Below are positions 36,640 to 45,850 of a stretch of 53,242 nt of DNA, piece by piece (the first letter of the stretch is position 1; every line of letters begins with the position of its first letter). The translations under genes were made by a program, and so were the position numbers. The stretch is from a virus. Lineage: Duplodnaviria; Caudoviricetes. The notes beneath the pieces were generated by a model. The model did not search any database and was not told the DNA's origin. It saw nothing but the letters and a program-made list of their open reading frames with translations. The stretch covers positions 1 to 53,242 of the IMG/VR virus record IMGVR_UViG_3300032073_005389; one strand, 5' to 3'.

Positions 36640-37469
36640 TAGTCTAGTTCGTACTGTTTACAGTTTAAAGTCTTTCCGTTTAGCTTAAAAGACTTAGTGT
36701 TTTCATTGATGTAAGAGTTTTGTTTATTTAATTTAGGCCTTATGAAAAAAAACAATACATCTCTAGGTTTAGAGTTTAAGGAGGGGCAACTAGCCCTATG
36801 GAATATATTAGGAGTATGAACGACGTATGTCCCAGCAGGACCAACTACATTGTTGACTTTCCATCCTTTCTGTTTTACATTTTCTTCTACAACTTCAGTA
36901 GGTATTCTGGAGCCAGCATAAATCTGAGGAGAGTGGTAATTAGGAGCTATCCTAAATGATTCTAAAACGGGGGCATCTCCTTTTTCGTCTGTCAGGTATT
37001 TAAGACAACCACTATCTTCAGTGACCTCATTTAAATAAACGAAAAACTTCAAAAACTCTCTAGGACAATCATCGTAATGCCATTTCCAAGAAGATTCGAG
37101 CTTGTCTGTGTCCCATTCAGTTTTCATGTCAAATTTACTAGGGGTATTTCTGTAAGGATGTAAAAATTCTATTGACGCTCTACAGCCAAATAAATGTTCC
37201 TCTAGTATTGGCATAAAATAATCAGATAGTATCTCTATTTCTTTTATATCTTTCCACTCGTTTATTCTTATGGCGTGGCTATCATTGTAGCAGCCTATAT
37301 TATTATGTATTTTGTGACAGAATTTTTTATGTATTTCTGATATTAAATTTAAATCTAAATCTCCTAATATAGAATCATCAATAGTTAAATCGTAGAGTGA
37401 GTTATATTTTCTTTTTATTTTGGTATTGAAAGGCTCTCTACATAAAGCATAGTGTTCTTTGTATGTCAT
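36639..37469 (-). CDS. 2OG-Fe(II) oxygenase (PhyH-like)
   Basis: SWKWHYD, LKFFVYLNEV....G, GPAGT, FHRA. Confidence 0.75.
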   Translation of the reverse strand: MTYKEHYALCREPFNTKIKRKYNSLYDLTIDDSILGDLDLNLISEIHKKFCHKIHNNIGCYNDSHAIRINEWKDIKEIEILSDYFMPILEEHLFGCRASIEFLHPYRNTPSKFDMKTEWDTDKLESSWKWHYDDCPREFLKFFVYLNEVTEDSGCLKYLTDEKGDAPVLESFRIAPNYHSPQIYAGSRIPTEVVEENVKQKGWKVNNVVGPAGTYVVHTPNIFHRASCPSLNSKPRDVLFFFIRPKLNKQNSYINENTKSFKLNGKTLNCKQYELD

Positions 37470-37471
37470 AA

Positions 37472-38263
37472 TTAAAATCCGTGATACTCTTGTCCGTAAC
37501 CGTGATTAAAAAAAGAACTATTTGGAAAACATGAAGAAACGTAAGTCCAAAAAAGCTTATATTGATATCTATAAGAGTCTTCGTTATAGAAAGAAGGCAT
37601 GTTAGTTTTTCCTTTCTCGAATGCATGTTCCCCTTTCCTTATGTAAGAAGTTCCATCTAAACCCACAAAATGTACTTCCTTAACACCTAAAACGCAAGCG
37701 AAAATTATCATCCTAACGCAAGCTCCTAGTTTACTGTAAAAATCAGTATGCATTAAGAAATACTTTTCGTAGTCATCGAAAGAATAACCTTTCCATCTAT
37801 CATGTATCTCAAAACCTATCATTGGTTCGAATTCATCCCTGTAGTCTAGGAACTCTTTTGATTTAATATCTGGCTCTCCCATTATCATAGCCATGTCTAT
37901 TTTTGTGTTTTTTAATGTAGGGTTTAAATAAAAATGATTACATGACCATAGATAATCAAAGTTTAAAGAATTGAAATCTAAATTGTTTGTTGAAGGGCCT
38001 CCTCCTATTATTAAAATTTTAGAATCTTTATATTTACTAAAATGAGAACGTTTAGAAAAGACTATACACTCGCTTAGGGCTGGATCATCAATAACATGAT
38101 CTGGAAAATGACCGGCTTCATTTTTAACAAAGCCAATAAAAGATCCTTTTCTTCTGTGACTCTCAAATGGGCTCATTCTTAGTAGACCTTCTTCTATGCA
38201 ATCTTTATGCCGTAAAAGTTTTGGAGTGTATTCCTCTTCTAAATTTTTCTCAAACTTGCTCAT
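37472..38263 (-). CDS. GT42 (Cst-II)/Maf-like nonulosonic acid transferase
   Basis: ILIIGGGPS...D, SCNHFY, A..LG.KE..FVGLD; adjacent to neuB. Confidence 0.65.
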   Translation of the reverse strand: MSKFEKNLEEEYTPKLLRHKDCIEEGLLRMSPFESHRRKGSFIGFVKNEAGHFPDHVIDDPALSECIVFSKRSHFSKYKDSKILIIGGGPSTNNLDFNSLNFDYLWSCNHFYLNPTLKNTKIDMAMIMGEPDIKSKEFLDYRDEFEPMIGFEIHDRWKGYSFDDYEKYFLMHTDFYSKLGACVRMIIFACVLGVKEVHFVGLDGTSYIRKGEHAFEKGKTNMPSFYNEDSYRYQYKLFWTYVSSCFPNSSFFNHGYGQEYHGF

Positions 38264-40092
38264 TATGTTGCTGTATCCCAGTTATCTTTTTGTTTGCTCA
38301 AAGCGTCAAGAGCTTTTAAAAAACCTGCTCCATCGTGAAAGTGACCTTGCCATACTTCTATAACTTTAAGTTTATTTGAATCTAGAAACATAGAAAAATC
38401 TCCAATGTTACCAGAACCAATATCTAAACCTTCTCCATCTACTCCTTCTGCATCAGCAAGATGGAAATGTCCAATTCGAGACTTTAGTTGGTTGTACCAA
38501 TCTAGCCAGCTTTCTTTAGAATACTCAGCGGAAAGCGATAGGTGACAAAGGTCTAAGGTTATATCTATATCGTGTTTATTTATATAATCAATATCACTCT
38601 GAGAATTAAATAAATCCAACTTTACAGAGCCTCCGAAGTACCAAGCATAAACAGGCAACCATTGTGGATATATTGACTTTGGGAGATAATTAAATAGTTC
38701 CTCTAATATATCTTCTCTTTTCCTTCCGCATTTTTGAGAGAAACTTCCTATTATAGGTACGTTCTTTCCTATTTTATCACTTATTTTTTTAGCAAATTCT
38801 TCTGTCCTTTTTATTAACTCTCTACTGTCATTTCTAGTATCTTTATTTGTGGATATTGGGTCTACTATCCTGTTTCCTTCTAGGTAATCTGGCAGATGTA
38901 TTGATATATAATCATCTTTATCAACTTTAGATGATGAGTCTATTAGTTTATCAGAAAACACTTCTGTATAAGATAGATGAAATTCATACACTCCTGTATT
39001 TATGAGTTGTCTGTATTTGTCTATATCGTGAATCCTAACAGGGATGCCTACTAAGTTATCTCTTGCAAAAGAAGAGAGTTTGTCTTTATTGTAACTTGTT
39101 ATTTTAGTAAAGTGCCTATTTGATAAAGCCTCACCTTTATTTAAATTTATAAATAACGGTTTGTTAGAAAAGTCTTCTAGATATTCTCCAACTGACATAC
39201 CTACACGCGGAGCCTTGATCTCAAAGTCAGACAAGCTATGAGATATAGAATCAATACAATGCTTTTTTGCATACATTCCTGTACCTAGGTTCTGCATATT
39301 AAGTATCTCTCCTTGGTTTGGTAGCCTATTTTTGTCGCCCATTATATCGTTCATATTACGAGCGTATCTATCTAGTAATTTGAAATCTGATAGCTCAGAA
39401 CTAGAGGAGTCGTCTAGCCCTTTTCCTTTTGAATTATTAGTGAGATGTCTCTCTATCCATTTTGCTCCAATAGCCATAGCCATTAAACAGACCTCTATAT
39501 CTTCATCGTGACTAGAGTAGCCAACTTGGGTAAAGCCTAACTCTTTTAATTTTTTTATAAAAAGTAAATTTTGAGCTCCGAGCTTTGTTGGGTAATTTGG
39601 GACACAGTGAAAAATAACTAAATCTTTATTAATAAATTTAGTTAAAGTATCTTCTATTTTTGTTACTGAGTGACCTCCTGTGCTAACCATCACTTGTTTT
39701 TTAGTGTTTAATAGTTCTTTTATTAGGTTGTAGTTAGTACACTCTGCAGAAGGAACTTTAAAGAAGTCAAAGCTATTAGAGGCTGATCCAAAAACTTTAT
39801 AATCTTCAACTCTAAAAAAACTAATACCAGCCTTCATACCTAATGACCTAGCTAAATCAGCAAGTAGTGTTAAGTCTTTTGGATTTAAATCTGTTCTGTT
39901 TATTTCTGCTGAAAGTATTTCGTCTCCTATTTCATTAGAAGACTGATAAAATGTTGAAGTATCCCTAAACTGAAACTTTACACCCCAACAGTTAGCGGAG
40001 GCTGCTTGTCTAACTAGAGATTTAGCTTCTTCTAGGTCGCCGTTATGATTGCAACCTATCTCAGCTATTATAAATGGCCTATTTTTGTTCAC
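38263..40092 (-). CDS. neuB: NeuB-family nonulosonic acid synthase fused to an AP-endonuclease-2/xylose-isomerase-like TIM barrel
   Basis: IIAEIGCNHNG, VKFQ, KVPS, STG, HC..NYP, GYSSH, IERHLT; C-terminal LDLCH, HFHLADA.G.DGEGL.IG.G, EVWQGH. Confidence 0.9.
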   Translation of the reverse strand: MNKNRPFIIAEIGCNHNGDLEEAKSLVRQAASANCWGVKFQFRDTSTFYQSSNEIGDEILSAEINRTDLNPKDLTLLADLARSLGMKAGISFFRVEDYKVFGSASNSFDFFKVPSAECTNYNLIKELLNTKKQVMVSTGGHSVTKIEDTLTKFINKDLVIFHCVPNYPTKLGAQNLLFIKKLKELGFTQVGYSSHDEDIEVCLMAMAIGAKWIERHLTNNSKGKGLDDSSSSELSDFKLLDRYARNMNDIMGDKNRLPNQGEILNMQNLGTGMYAKKHCIDSISHSLSDFEIKAPRVGMSVGEYLEDFSNKPLFINLNKGEALSNRHFTKITSYNKDKLSSFARDNLVGIPVRIHDIDKYRQLINTGVYEFHLSYTEVFSDKLIDSSSKVDKDDYISIHLPDYLEGNRIVDPISTNKDTRNDSRELIKRTEEFAKKISDKIGKNVPIIGSFSQKCGRKREDILEELFNYLPKSIYPQWLPVYAWYFGGSVKLDLFNSQSDIDYINKHDIDITLDLCHLSLSAEYSKESWLDWYNQLKSRIGHFHLADAEGVDGEGLDIGSGNIGDFSMFLDSNKLKVIEVWQGHFHDGAGFLKALDALSKQKDNWDTAT

Positions 40093-40778
40093 CTTAATCC
40101 TGAGCTATACAGAGACTCGCACATATCAAACTGCCACTGGTAATCTATATCTAAGCATTCTCTCTCTTGCATTGGAAAAAGTTCTATATCTCCAGATTTG
40201 TTAAAATCTCCCATCCAAACACCTTCTCCTATCTTGTCCATTCTACCTGCATAAAGGCAATGAGCTGCCTCGTAAGTCTCTTCTACAAATTTACTATTCA
40301 TAACAGCATGTCCTTCTGGCCAAGGAGTGACTAAGTCAAACTGTTTATTCCAAAAGTAATTTTTCTTTTCCATAACGCCAAACATACCATCAGCTTCAGA
40401 GTTTATATAAGCTTTAGTGAAATTTTCTATAGTTTCTGTTTGTAGGAAAGGAGCGCAAGCATTTATAAGAACACAATATTTGTAAGGTAGTTTATTCCAC
40501 CATTCATACATTAAGCTCATAGGTGTCCCTTCTGAGTTAGCTGATTCTTCAGACCTATTAAAAATATTAACTTCTTTTTGTATACATATAGACTTTAGTT
40601 CATCTTCGTATACAGATACAAAAAATTGAGAATTAGGTATAAAGGAAGAGGAGCTTATTTTGTCTAAACATATATGCATTAAAGTCGTACCAGAAAAGTC
40701 TTTTATCATTTTTTGGGGAACTCTTTGGGAGCCTAGTCTTGCTTGAATTAAAAAAAGTACATCTTCTATTTTTTTCAT
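40089..40778 (-). CDS. neuA: Acylneuraminate cytidylyltransferase (CMP-NulO synthetase)
   Basis: IQARLGSQRVPQK.IK.F, DIDY..QF; likely start at ATG 40778 (ATGA overlap). Confidence 0.85.
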   Translation of the reverse strand: MKKIEDVLFLIQARLGSQRVPQKMIKDFSGTTLMHICLDKISSSSFIPNSQFFVSVYEDELKSICIQKEVNIFNRSEESANSEGTPMSLMYEWWNKLPYKYCVLINACAPFLQTETIENFTKAYINSEADGMFGVMEKKNYFWNKQFDLVTPWPEGHAVMNSKFVEETYEAAHCLYAGRMDKIGEGVWMGDFNKSGDIELFPMQERECLDIDYQWQFDMCESLYSSGLR

Positions 40779-41440
40779 GATAGTATGTTTAATTTTATAT
40801 CTTTGGATTCTATCCATTCTTTTATACTTGGGACGGCTGCTGCATTAGATTCCATATCCCAAGATATTTCACAGCCTCTATTATACATGTTTTCTTTTTC
40901 TTTCTCGTTATAAAAATGACTACCATGGCCATTTAAATCCCAACCTATTGTATTTATAGACTTAACTCCAGCATGTATAGCTGTGTAGAAAACTGTTTCT
41001 ATCATGATTCCGGGACCTGTACATCTTTCTGTACATGTTTTGCTTATGAGAAAGTCGTCGTAGTTTCTTTTTACCACGAGAGTGTTTTCCTTCCCGCCTA
41101 TTTCTTCAAGAAGGGGGATTCTGAAAAATATATCACATCTTTGATCTTTATTCCATCTTGTTCCTTCTTCATAATTGCTACTTGCTATTACAGCCTCCGG
41201 TTTATGATTTATATACCTATAGGGTATATTCATATAATCCAATGGTAAATTTGAGCAATTCCAGAAATGAAAGTCAGTTTCTTCTTCGAACCTGTCGTAG
41301 GCCTGTTTAACAGAAAAGACTAAGTTATTTCTTAGTTTTTCTCTAGTCTCTTCATTGTCGTATTTATTGAGAGAAGGTCCACATGCTAATATATAGCAAT
41401 CTTGACCTGACTTCGAATTTTCTAAATCTTTAAGATCCAC
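40775..41440 (-). CDS. Maf/GT42-like (DUF115-type) transferase
   Basis: CYILACGPSL, A.HAG.K.I..IGWDL.....HFY; GTG start behind a promoter. Confidence 0.65.
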   Translation of the reverse strand: MDLKDLENSKSGQDCYILACGPSLNKYDNEETREKLRNNLVFSVKQAYDRFEEETDFHFWNCSNLPLDYMNIPYRYINHKPEAVIASSNYEEGTRWNKDQRCDIFFRIPLLEEIGGKENTLVVKRNYDDFLISKTCTERCTGPGIMIETVFYTAIHAGVKSINTIGWDLNGHGSHFYNEKEKENMYNRGCEISWDMESNAAAVPSIKEWIESKDIKLNILS

Positions 41441-41450
41441 CGTGTTTATA

Positions 41451-41479
41451 ATTATAACAACAACCTAGAAGTTTGTCAA
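41451..41479 (-). promoter_or_regulatory. sigma70-type promoter for the nonulosonic acid operon
   Basis: Perfect TTGACA-N17-TATAAT. Confidence 0.85.
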
Positions 41480-41487
41480 GAAGTAAT

Positions 41488-41518
41488 AAAAAGCCCCGCC
41501 CTTGAGGGACGAGGCTTT
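41488..41518 (-). terminator. Intrinsic terminator after the 494-aa ORF
   Basis: AAAGCC.CG.CC...GG.CG.GGCTTT imperfect hairpin followed by a T-rich run on the minus strand. Confidence 0.7.
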
Positions 41519-41539
41519 CTGAACAAATAATAACAAATA

Positions 41540-43024
41540 TTAAGATTGCTTTTCTTTTTCTGATTTGGCTGCGTCATCTCCTGAGCTTAGCTGCCAATAC
41601 TTCATAGGTGAAAACTTAGCTAGGTAAGCGCAGACAAGTTGACTTGCTGTAATTGGCTTTAAGAAAAAGTTTATAGGTATACCAGCTTTTCCTTCTGATG
41701 CCTTAACTACGTAGTCATCGAAAGCTGTCATAAGAGAGTTAGTGTCAATGACTTTATTCTTTTCTATATCTCCTTGTTTCAAGCTACTGACTACAGTCTT
41801 CAGATAATCGGAATTTAAATCTTTGAAGCTAGCTCCGTCTCTTGCTTTCTTGGCTCCAGCGGCCATTCCAGCATTTACGCTGTTGTCTGAAGCTGACTGA
41901 ACAGAAGCAAGCTGATCCATAACATCTTGAGCAGATGGTTGTAAGGTTTTAATTGAAGAGGCTACTTCATTAGATTTAAGGGTAGGTATGATTCCCATAG
42001 TAATAACATCAGCGTGAGCTTGAACATTGCTAGTGCTTAACATATTTTTGACGTTATTAGAGAACTCTGCATCTACTCCGAAGCGCCCTTCCATATGAGC
42101 GAAGAATCCGCCTTCTTCGAATTGAGTCTCTAAAGCGCTAGTAGAAGAACGAGAACTTTGGCTGGAGGTTGTTTCATCCATTTTAAGTATATGAGCCATA
42201 CCAACAAAACTAGAACCATAAGTCGCGCCACTAATCAGTTTCATACCCACTGTTTGATCTTTAATTCTTTTGGCCATCGAATCCTCATCGGTAGTGTTTA
42301 TGCTTTTGCCTTGTCCGGGATTATAAACATTCCAAGCTCTAATGCCTTTTTCTGGATCAAGAATAAAAGGAGCGAAAATATCTGCGGCTTTATGAGTGCA
42401 GGTTGCTGTAATAATTAGTGTTCCCTCTATACTGTGATTGGAAGTCTGACTTAATACAGAATCATGTACGCTGCTAGCAGCTTGAGCTCCCCAACTTGGT
42501 CCGAAAATAGTAGAAACTTTAGCTGAAGCGTGTGCGGCTAGACTACTGGCGTGAGCGTCTGACCCGTCTTGTTCGTTCTCGTTTCTAATATATTGAGCAT
42601 CTACGATCATAGAGTCGGAGCTTATATCCATCTTTTTGATCGATGACTTGTTCCAATCTATTGGTGATTCTACTTCAGCATTAACTGAGTCGCTACCTTT
42701 TACTTTCTTTTTTGCTGCTTGGACTTTAGGTCCTTGCGCGAGAACAGTTGTAGCGTAAACTCCTGCTTGTTTAGCTAAATCTGATTTTACTTTATTTATT
42801 TGGGTCGTAAACTTAGAAAGATCTTTTGAGTCTACTTGCATGTTGATCAGCTCTTGCAAAGTAATAGCGAGGCTTCTCTCTGTCGCAATTAGCGAGTTAA
42901 GGTCGTCTTGAGCTAAGTCGATAGGTCTCTTTGCTTCCGCTACTGCTTCTAGAGCAGCTATCTTTCCGGGGTCTGCAACGTTGCCTAATACTAATGATGG
43001 GTCAAATGGAATTGATGTTGGCAT
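41540..43024 (-). CDS. Hypothetical protein with possible MACPF/CDC-like domain
   Basis: 494-aa ORF; ISGATYG, Ser/Thr/Gly-rich amphipathic segments, GIPINFFLKPI; N-terminal coiled coil. Confidence 0.8.
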   Translation of the reverse strand: MPTSIPFDPSLVLGNVADPGKIAALEAVAEAKRPIDLAQDDLNSLIATERSLAITLQELINMQVDSKDLSKFTTQINKVKSDLAKQAGVYATTVLAQGPKVQAAKKKVKGSDSVNAEVESPIDWNKSSIKKMDISSDSMIVDAQYIRNENEQDGSDAHASSLAAHASAKVSTIFGPSWGAQAASSVHDSVLSQTSNHSIEGTLIITATCTHKAADIFAPFILDPEKGIRAWNVYNPGQGKSINTTDEDSMAKRIKDQTVGMKLISGATYGSSFVGMAHILKMDETTSSQSSRSSTSALETQFEEGGFFAHMEGRFGVDAEFSNNVKNMLSTSNVQAHADVITMGIIPTLKSNEVASSIKTLQPSAQDVMDQLASVQSASDNSVNAGMAAGAKKARDGASFKDLNSDYLKTVVSSLKQGDIEKNKVIDTNSLMTAFDDYVVKASEGKAGIPINFFLKPITASQLVCAYLAKFSPMKYWQLSSGDDAAKSEKEKQS

Positions 43025-43054
43025 AATATTTTATTTTTTATTAAATTTATATAT

Positions 43055-43064
43055 AATTACACTA
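43055..43064 (-). promoter_or_regulatory. TAGTGTAATT motif copy 4
   Basis: Exact 10-mer 30 nt upstream of ATG 43024. Confidence 0.55.
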
Positions 43065-43088
43065 ATTTGATAGAGATTTGTATAATTA

Positions 43089-43880
43089 TCATAGCATGTG
43101 TAACTTTTGCTTAGCATGAGCGATAAGCCATCTGTCTTTTTTATCTAAATGTGATCTAAGATGATCGTCAATCTGTTTAAGCATTTCGGGCTTTTCACCC
43201 ATATGAGTGTCTCTTACTTTTTGTATACCCTGTACGACTTTAAGTAGTGTTGAGCTAGCTCCGGTAGCTGGCATAGCAAATGGAGCAACGACTCCTACAA
43301 TTTTAACACCTATAAATAAAACAACTAAGAAGATAACAACGCCAACGATCCAATATACTTTGCTCATTAAGCTAGAATACTTGGTTGCTTGAAGTGCGTT
43401 TTCTTGGTTTATTGCTTTTAGCCTTGTCTGAGCATCTTGTAATTGACCAGATAAAATCCTGTTTTGATTTTGTATAGCTATGAGTTCTTTATCCATTGTA
43501 GCCAAAATCTTTTGTCCGTTCTCAACTTGTTTAGGATCTGTAGAGAGAAGACCTGTCACCATTTGGTCTGATTTCATAGCGTTCTCCATAGAAGGTGGCC
43601 CTAGTGCAGTTACCCCTCTTGTTGTCATTTGTTTAGCCACTTTAGATTCTGGTGATGGATCTGGATCTTTTTGTAGTGCTTGGTCAGCAGCGTAAACAAA
43701 CGTTCTTCCGCTTTCTACTTGCTGATTATCATTATTTTTCTTTTCTTGCTGTATGTTCTCTACTACTTTTTCTTGTTTGTTAAACTTTCCTAGTGGAGTG
43801 GCGCATCCAGCCATAACAACCAAAGATAAAGCCATAATATAGAAAACATCCTTAAAATAGTTATTCTTTTCTTCTTTCAT
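43089..43880 (-). CDS. Lipoprotein with coiled coil and C-proximal TM helix (spanin-like topology)
   Basis: Lipobox VMAG-C, heptad-rich middle, TM VYWIVGVVIFLVVLFIGV. Confidence 0.65.
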   Translation of the reverse strand: MKEEKNNYFKDVFYIMALSLVVMAGCATPLGKFNKQEKVVENIQQEKKNNDNQQVESGRTFVYAADQALQKDPDPSPESKVAKQMTTRGVTALGPPSMENAMKSDQMVTGLLSTDPKQVENGQKILATMDKELIAIQNQNRILSGQLQDAQTRLKAINQENALQATKYSSLMSKVYWIVGVVIFLVVLFIGVKIVGVVAPFAMPATGASSTLLKVVQGIQKVRDTHMGEKPEMLKQIDDHLRSHLDKKDRWLIAHAKQKLHML

Positions 43881-44416
43881 AGATACTTATCCTTTATAAT
43901 CTCTAAAACCTCTTTACAGTTATTGATATTTATTTCTTTTTTACAATTTTTTAAACTATCTTTTATATGATTATCGTATGTTTTAATAGTTTGTTCGAAG
44001 CTTTCTTCTATTTCGTTTTTCTCGCAATAGCTCTTTAATGCTCCAGAAAACAAAACTGTTACAATTAAACAAACAGCAGCCGATTTCTCGTCCTTCTCTT
44101 CATTCTTCTTTCTAGATATGTCTAAATTAGGTTTAAGATCTTTTTGAGACAGGCAGAAAAAATAATTATGTAGAGAATCTGATAGAAAAAGACAATCTTC
44201 ATCTGATAGGCCTTTTTTGTAGCCCTCTTTAAAAACCATTAATTGAGATGAAATTTTAGAATCTATCTTTTTTAAAATTTTTTTATTAAGTCTCTTTTTG
44301 GAAGCTTGCCTAACTAGTTCAAGTCTATCGCTTTCTTCCTCTGTTAATTTTTTAATTATAGTTTCTTCGGACTTTAGTAGTTTTGCTATATAAGAAACTG
44401 TAGAGTTATTAAGCAT
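43877..44416 (-). CDS. Hypothetical protein
   Basis: ORF with ATGA overlap. Confidence 0.65.
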   Translation of the reverse strand: MLNNSTVSYIAKLLKSEETIIKKLTEEESDRLELVRQASKKRLNKKILKKIDSKISSQLMVFKEGYKKGLSDEDCLFLSDSLHNYFFCLSQKDLKPNLDISRKKNEEKDEKSAAVCLIVTVLFSGALKSYCEKNEIEESFEQTIKTYDNHIKDSLKNCKKEININNCKEVLEIIKDKYL

Positions 44417-44417
44417 A

Positions 44418-44759
44418 TCATTGTTTTTCTCTATACTTCATACCTCTTCTTTTTTTAGAGTATTTCTTCTCAGCTTTTTCTCTAATAGGGTCAGTGCCTC
44501 CCATGGCGTTTTTTCTTTTTTCGCTAAGCTCTTTAGAGTAATCCCATATATCACCCATCGTTCCTTTCATATCTTTAGTCTTTTGTCTAAACTGTTCTGC
44601 AGAAAAAGGATCTGATGCCGCATCGATAGACATATTTGGTACAGTAAAAACCCTATCAAACTCTACTCCGTCTTCGGAATAAGTATGCTCTTCTTTTATC
44701 GACTGAAGAACTCTAACAACTTCTCCTGTCTCTGGGTTTTCATAAAAATACTCAGGCAT
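44418..44759 (-). CDS. FmdB-like regulatory/zinc-ribbon-type small protein (Cys residues absent)
   Basis: MPEY.Y.NPETGE......S..E.H ... RVFT.P N-terminus. Confidence 0.5.
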   Translation of the reverse strand: MPEYFYENPETGEVVRVLQSIKEEHTYSEDGVEFDRVFTVPNMSIDAASDPFSAEQFRQKTKDMKGTMGDIWDYSKELSEKRKNAMGGTDPIREKAEKKYSKKRRGMKYREKQ

Positions 44760-44761
44760 AT

Positions 44762-45850
44762 CTATAGTTCGTAAATTAAATCTAATATTTTATCTGTAGT
44801 CTTAGCGTAGGTAAAATCTTTTTGTAGTTTTAATCCTTCTTGATTAACTTTATTTGATTCTACTCTTTTTATTGCTTTTTCACAACTTTCAATAAACGAT
44901 TCTTCATTAAAGTCAAATATTTGACCTTGGTTATAATCTGATCCTTTATGAAAAAACACTCCATCATTAGAATCAATTTTGGAATCTGGCTCAAGTAAAA
45001 CGCTGTTTGCCTCGTTAGCCCACTCCTTATAACCTGTAGCGTTCATAATGACTGCATGTTTACCGATAGCTACAGAATGAAACTCAGGCAAACCCCATCC
45101 TTCGCCACCAGAACATCCAAGAATTATGTCAGCAGAATTTAAATAATCGTTGTATACATTGTTTTTAGACATATAATCAAGAAACTGTATATTGAAATAT
45201 TTTTTACCACCTAAGATTCTATTAATTAGAGCTGGCATTTCTTTTTTAAGAAAATGATTATGAATAGAGCATTGTAAATGATACCTTTTATCTCCACCAA
45301 ATCTTTTAGCCCAAGAGCTAATTATCTTTTGATGCCTTTTTCTTTTCTCTAATTTACCGCAAAGGTTAAATACTATTCTTCCGTCATCGTAATAATTCTT
45401 ATCGAGTTTTGAAAAATGCATTGAGTCAAAACCTAAAGGTATGACGGTTGTGTGGCAAACATCTTCTTTATTAAAGATTTCCTTAGAATGCTCACATGTA
45501 AATGCTAGCCTGTCTATGTTGTTAGCTATGTTAATCTCTGCTTTAGTTGGAGAGTCTAATTCATAAAAAGACAACATCACATTCCTTCTGGAAGGATTGT
45601 TTAGAGCTGTAGCGTTTAAGTGCCACAGTTGAAATACTGGGTTTTCTTTATTATGGTTGGATGCAGTTTTCCTTATGCAGTCCTTTAACCATTTTAAAAA
45701 ATTCTTATCAAGAGAATAAGATGATACATCCTCGTTAATAGGAAATAAGCAAGGCTCAAGCCCCTTTTTGTATAGCTCATTTAAGATACAAATAGAGACT
45801 TGGCCAAAGCTTAGACCATTAATAGGAAGATTTAGAGCAAACTCACTCAC
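44762..45850 (-). CDS. GT4-family glycosyltransferase
   Basis: VIPLGFD, GKLEKRK, S.GEGWGLP....A.GK. Confidence 0.85.
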   Translation of the reverse strand: MSEFALNLPINGLSFGQVSICILNELYKKGLEPCLFPINEDVSSYSLDKNFLKWLKDCIRKTASNHNKENPVFQLWHLNATALNNPSRRNVMLSFYELDSPTKAEINIANNIDRLAFTCEHSKEIFNKEDVCHTTVIPLGFDSMHFSKLDKNYYDDGRIVFNLCGKLEKRKRHQKIISSWAKRFGGDKRYHLQCSIHNHFLKKEMPALINRILGGKKYFNIQFLDYMSKNNVYNDYLNSADIILGCSGGEGWGLPEFHSVAIGKHAVIMNATGYKEWANEANSVLLEPDSKIDSNDGVFFHKGSDYNQGQIFDFNEESFIESCEKAIKRVESNKVNQEGLKLQKDFTYAKTTDKILDLIYEL

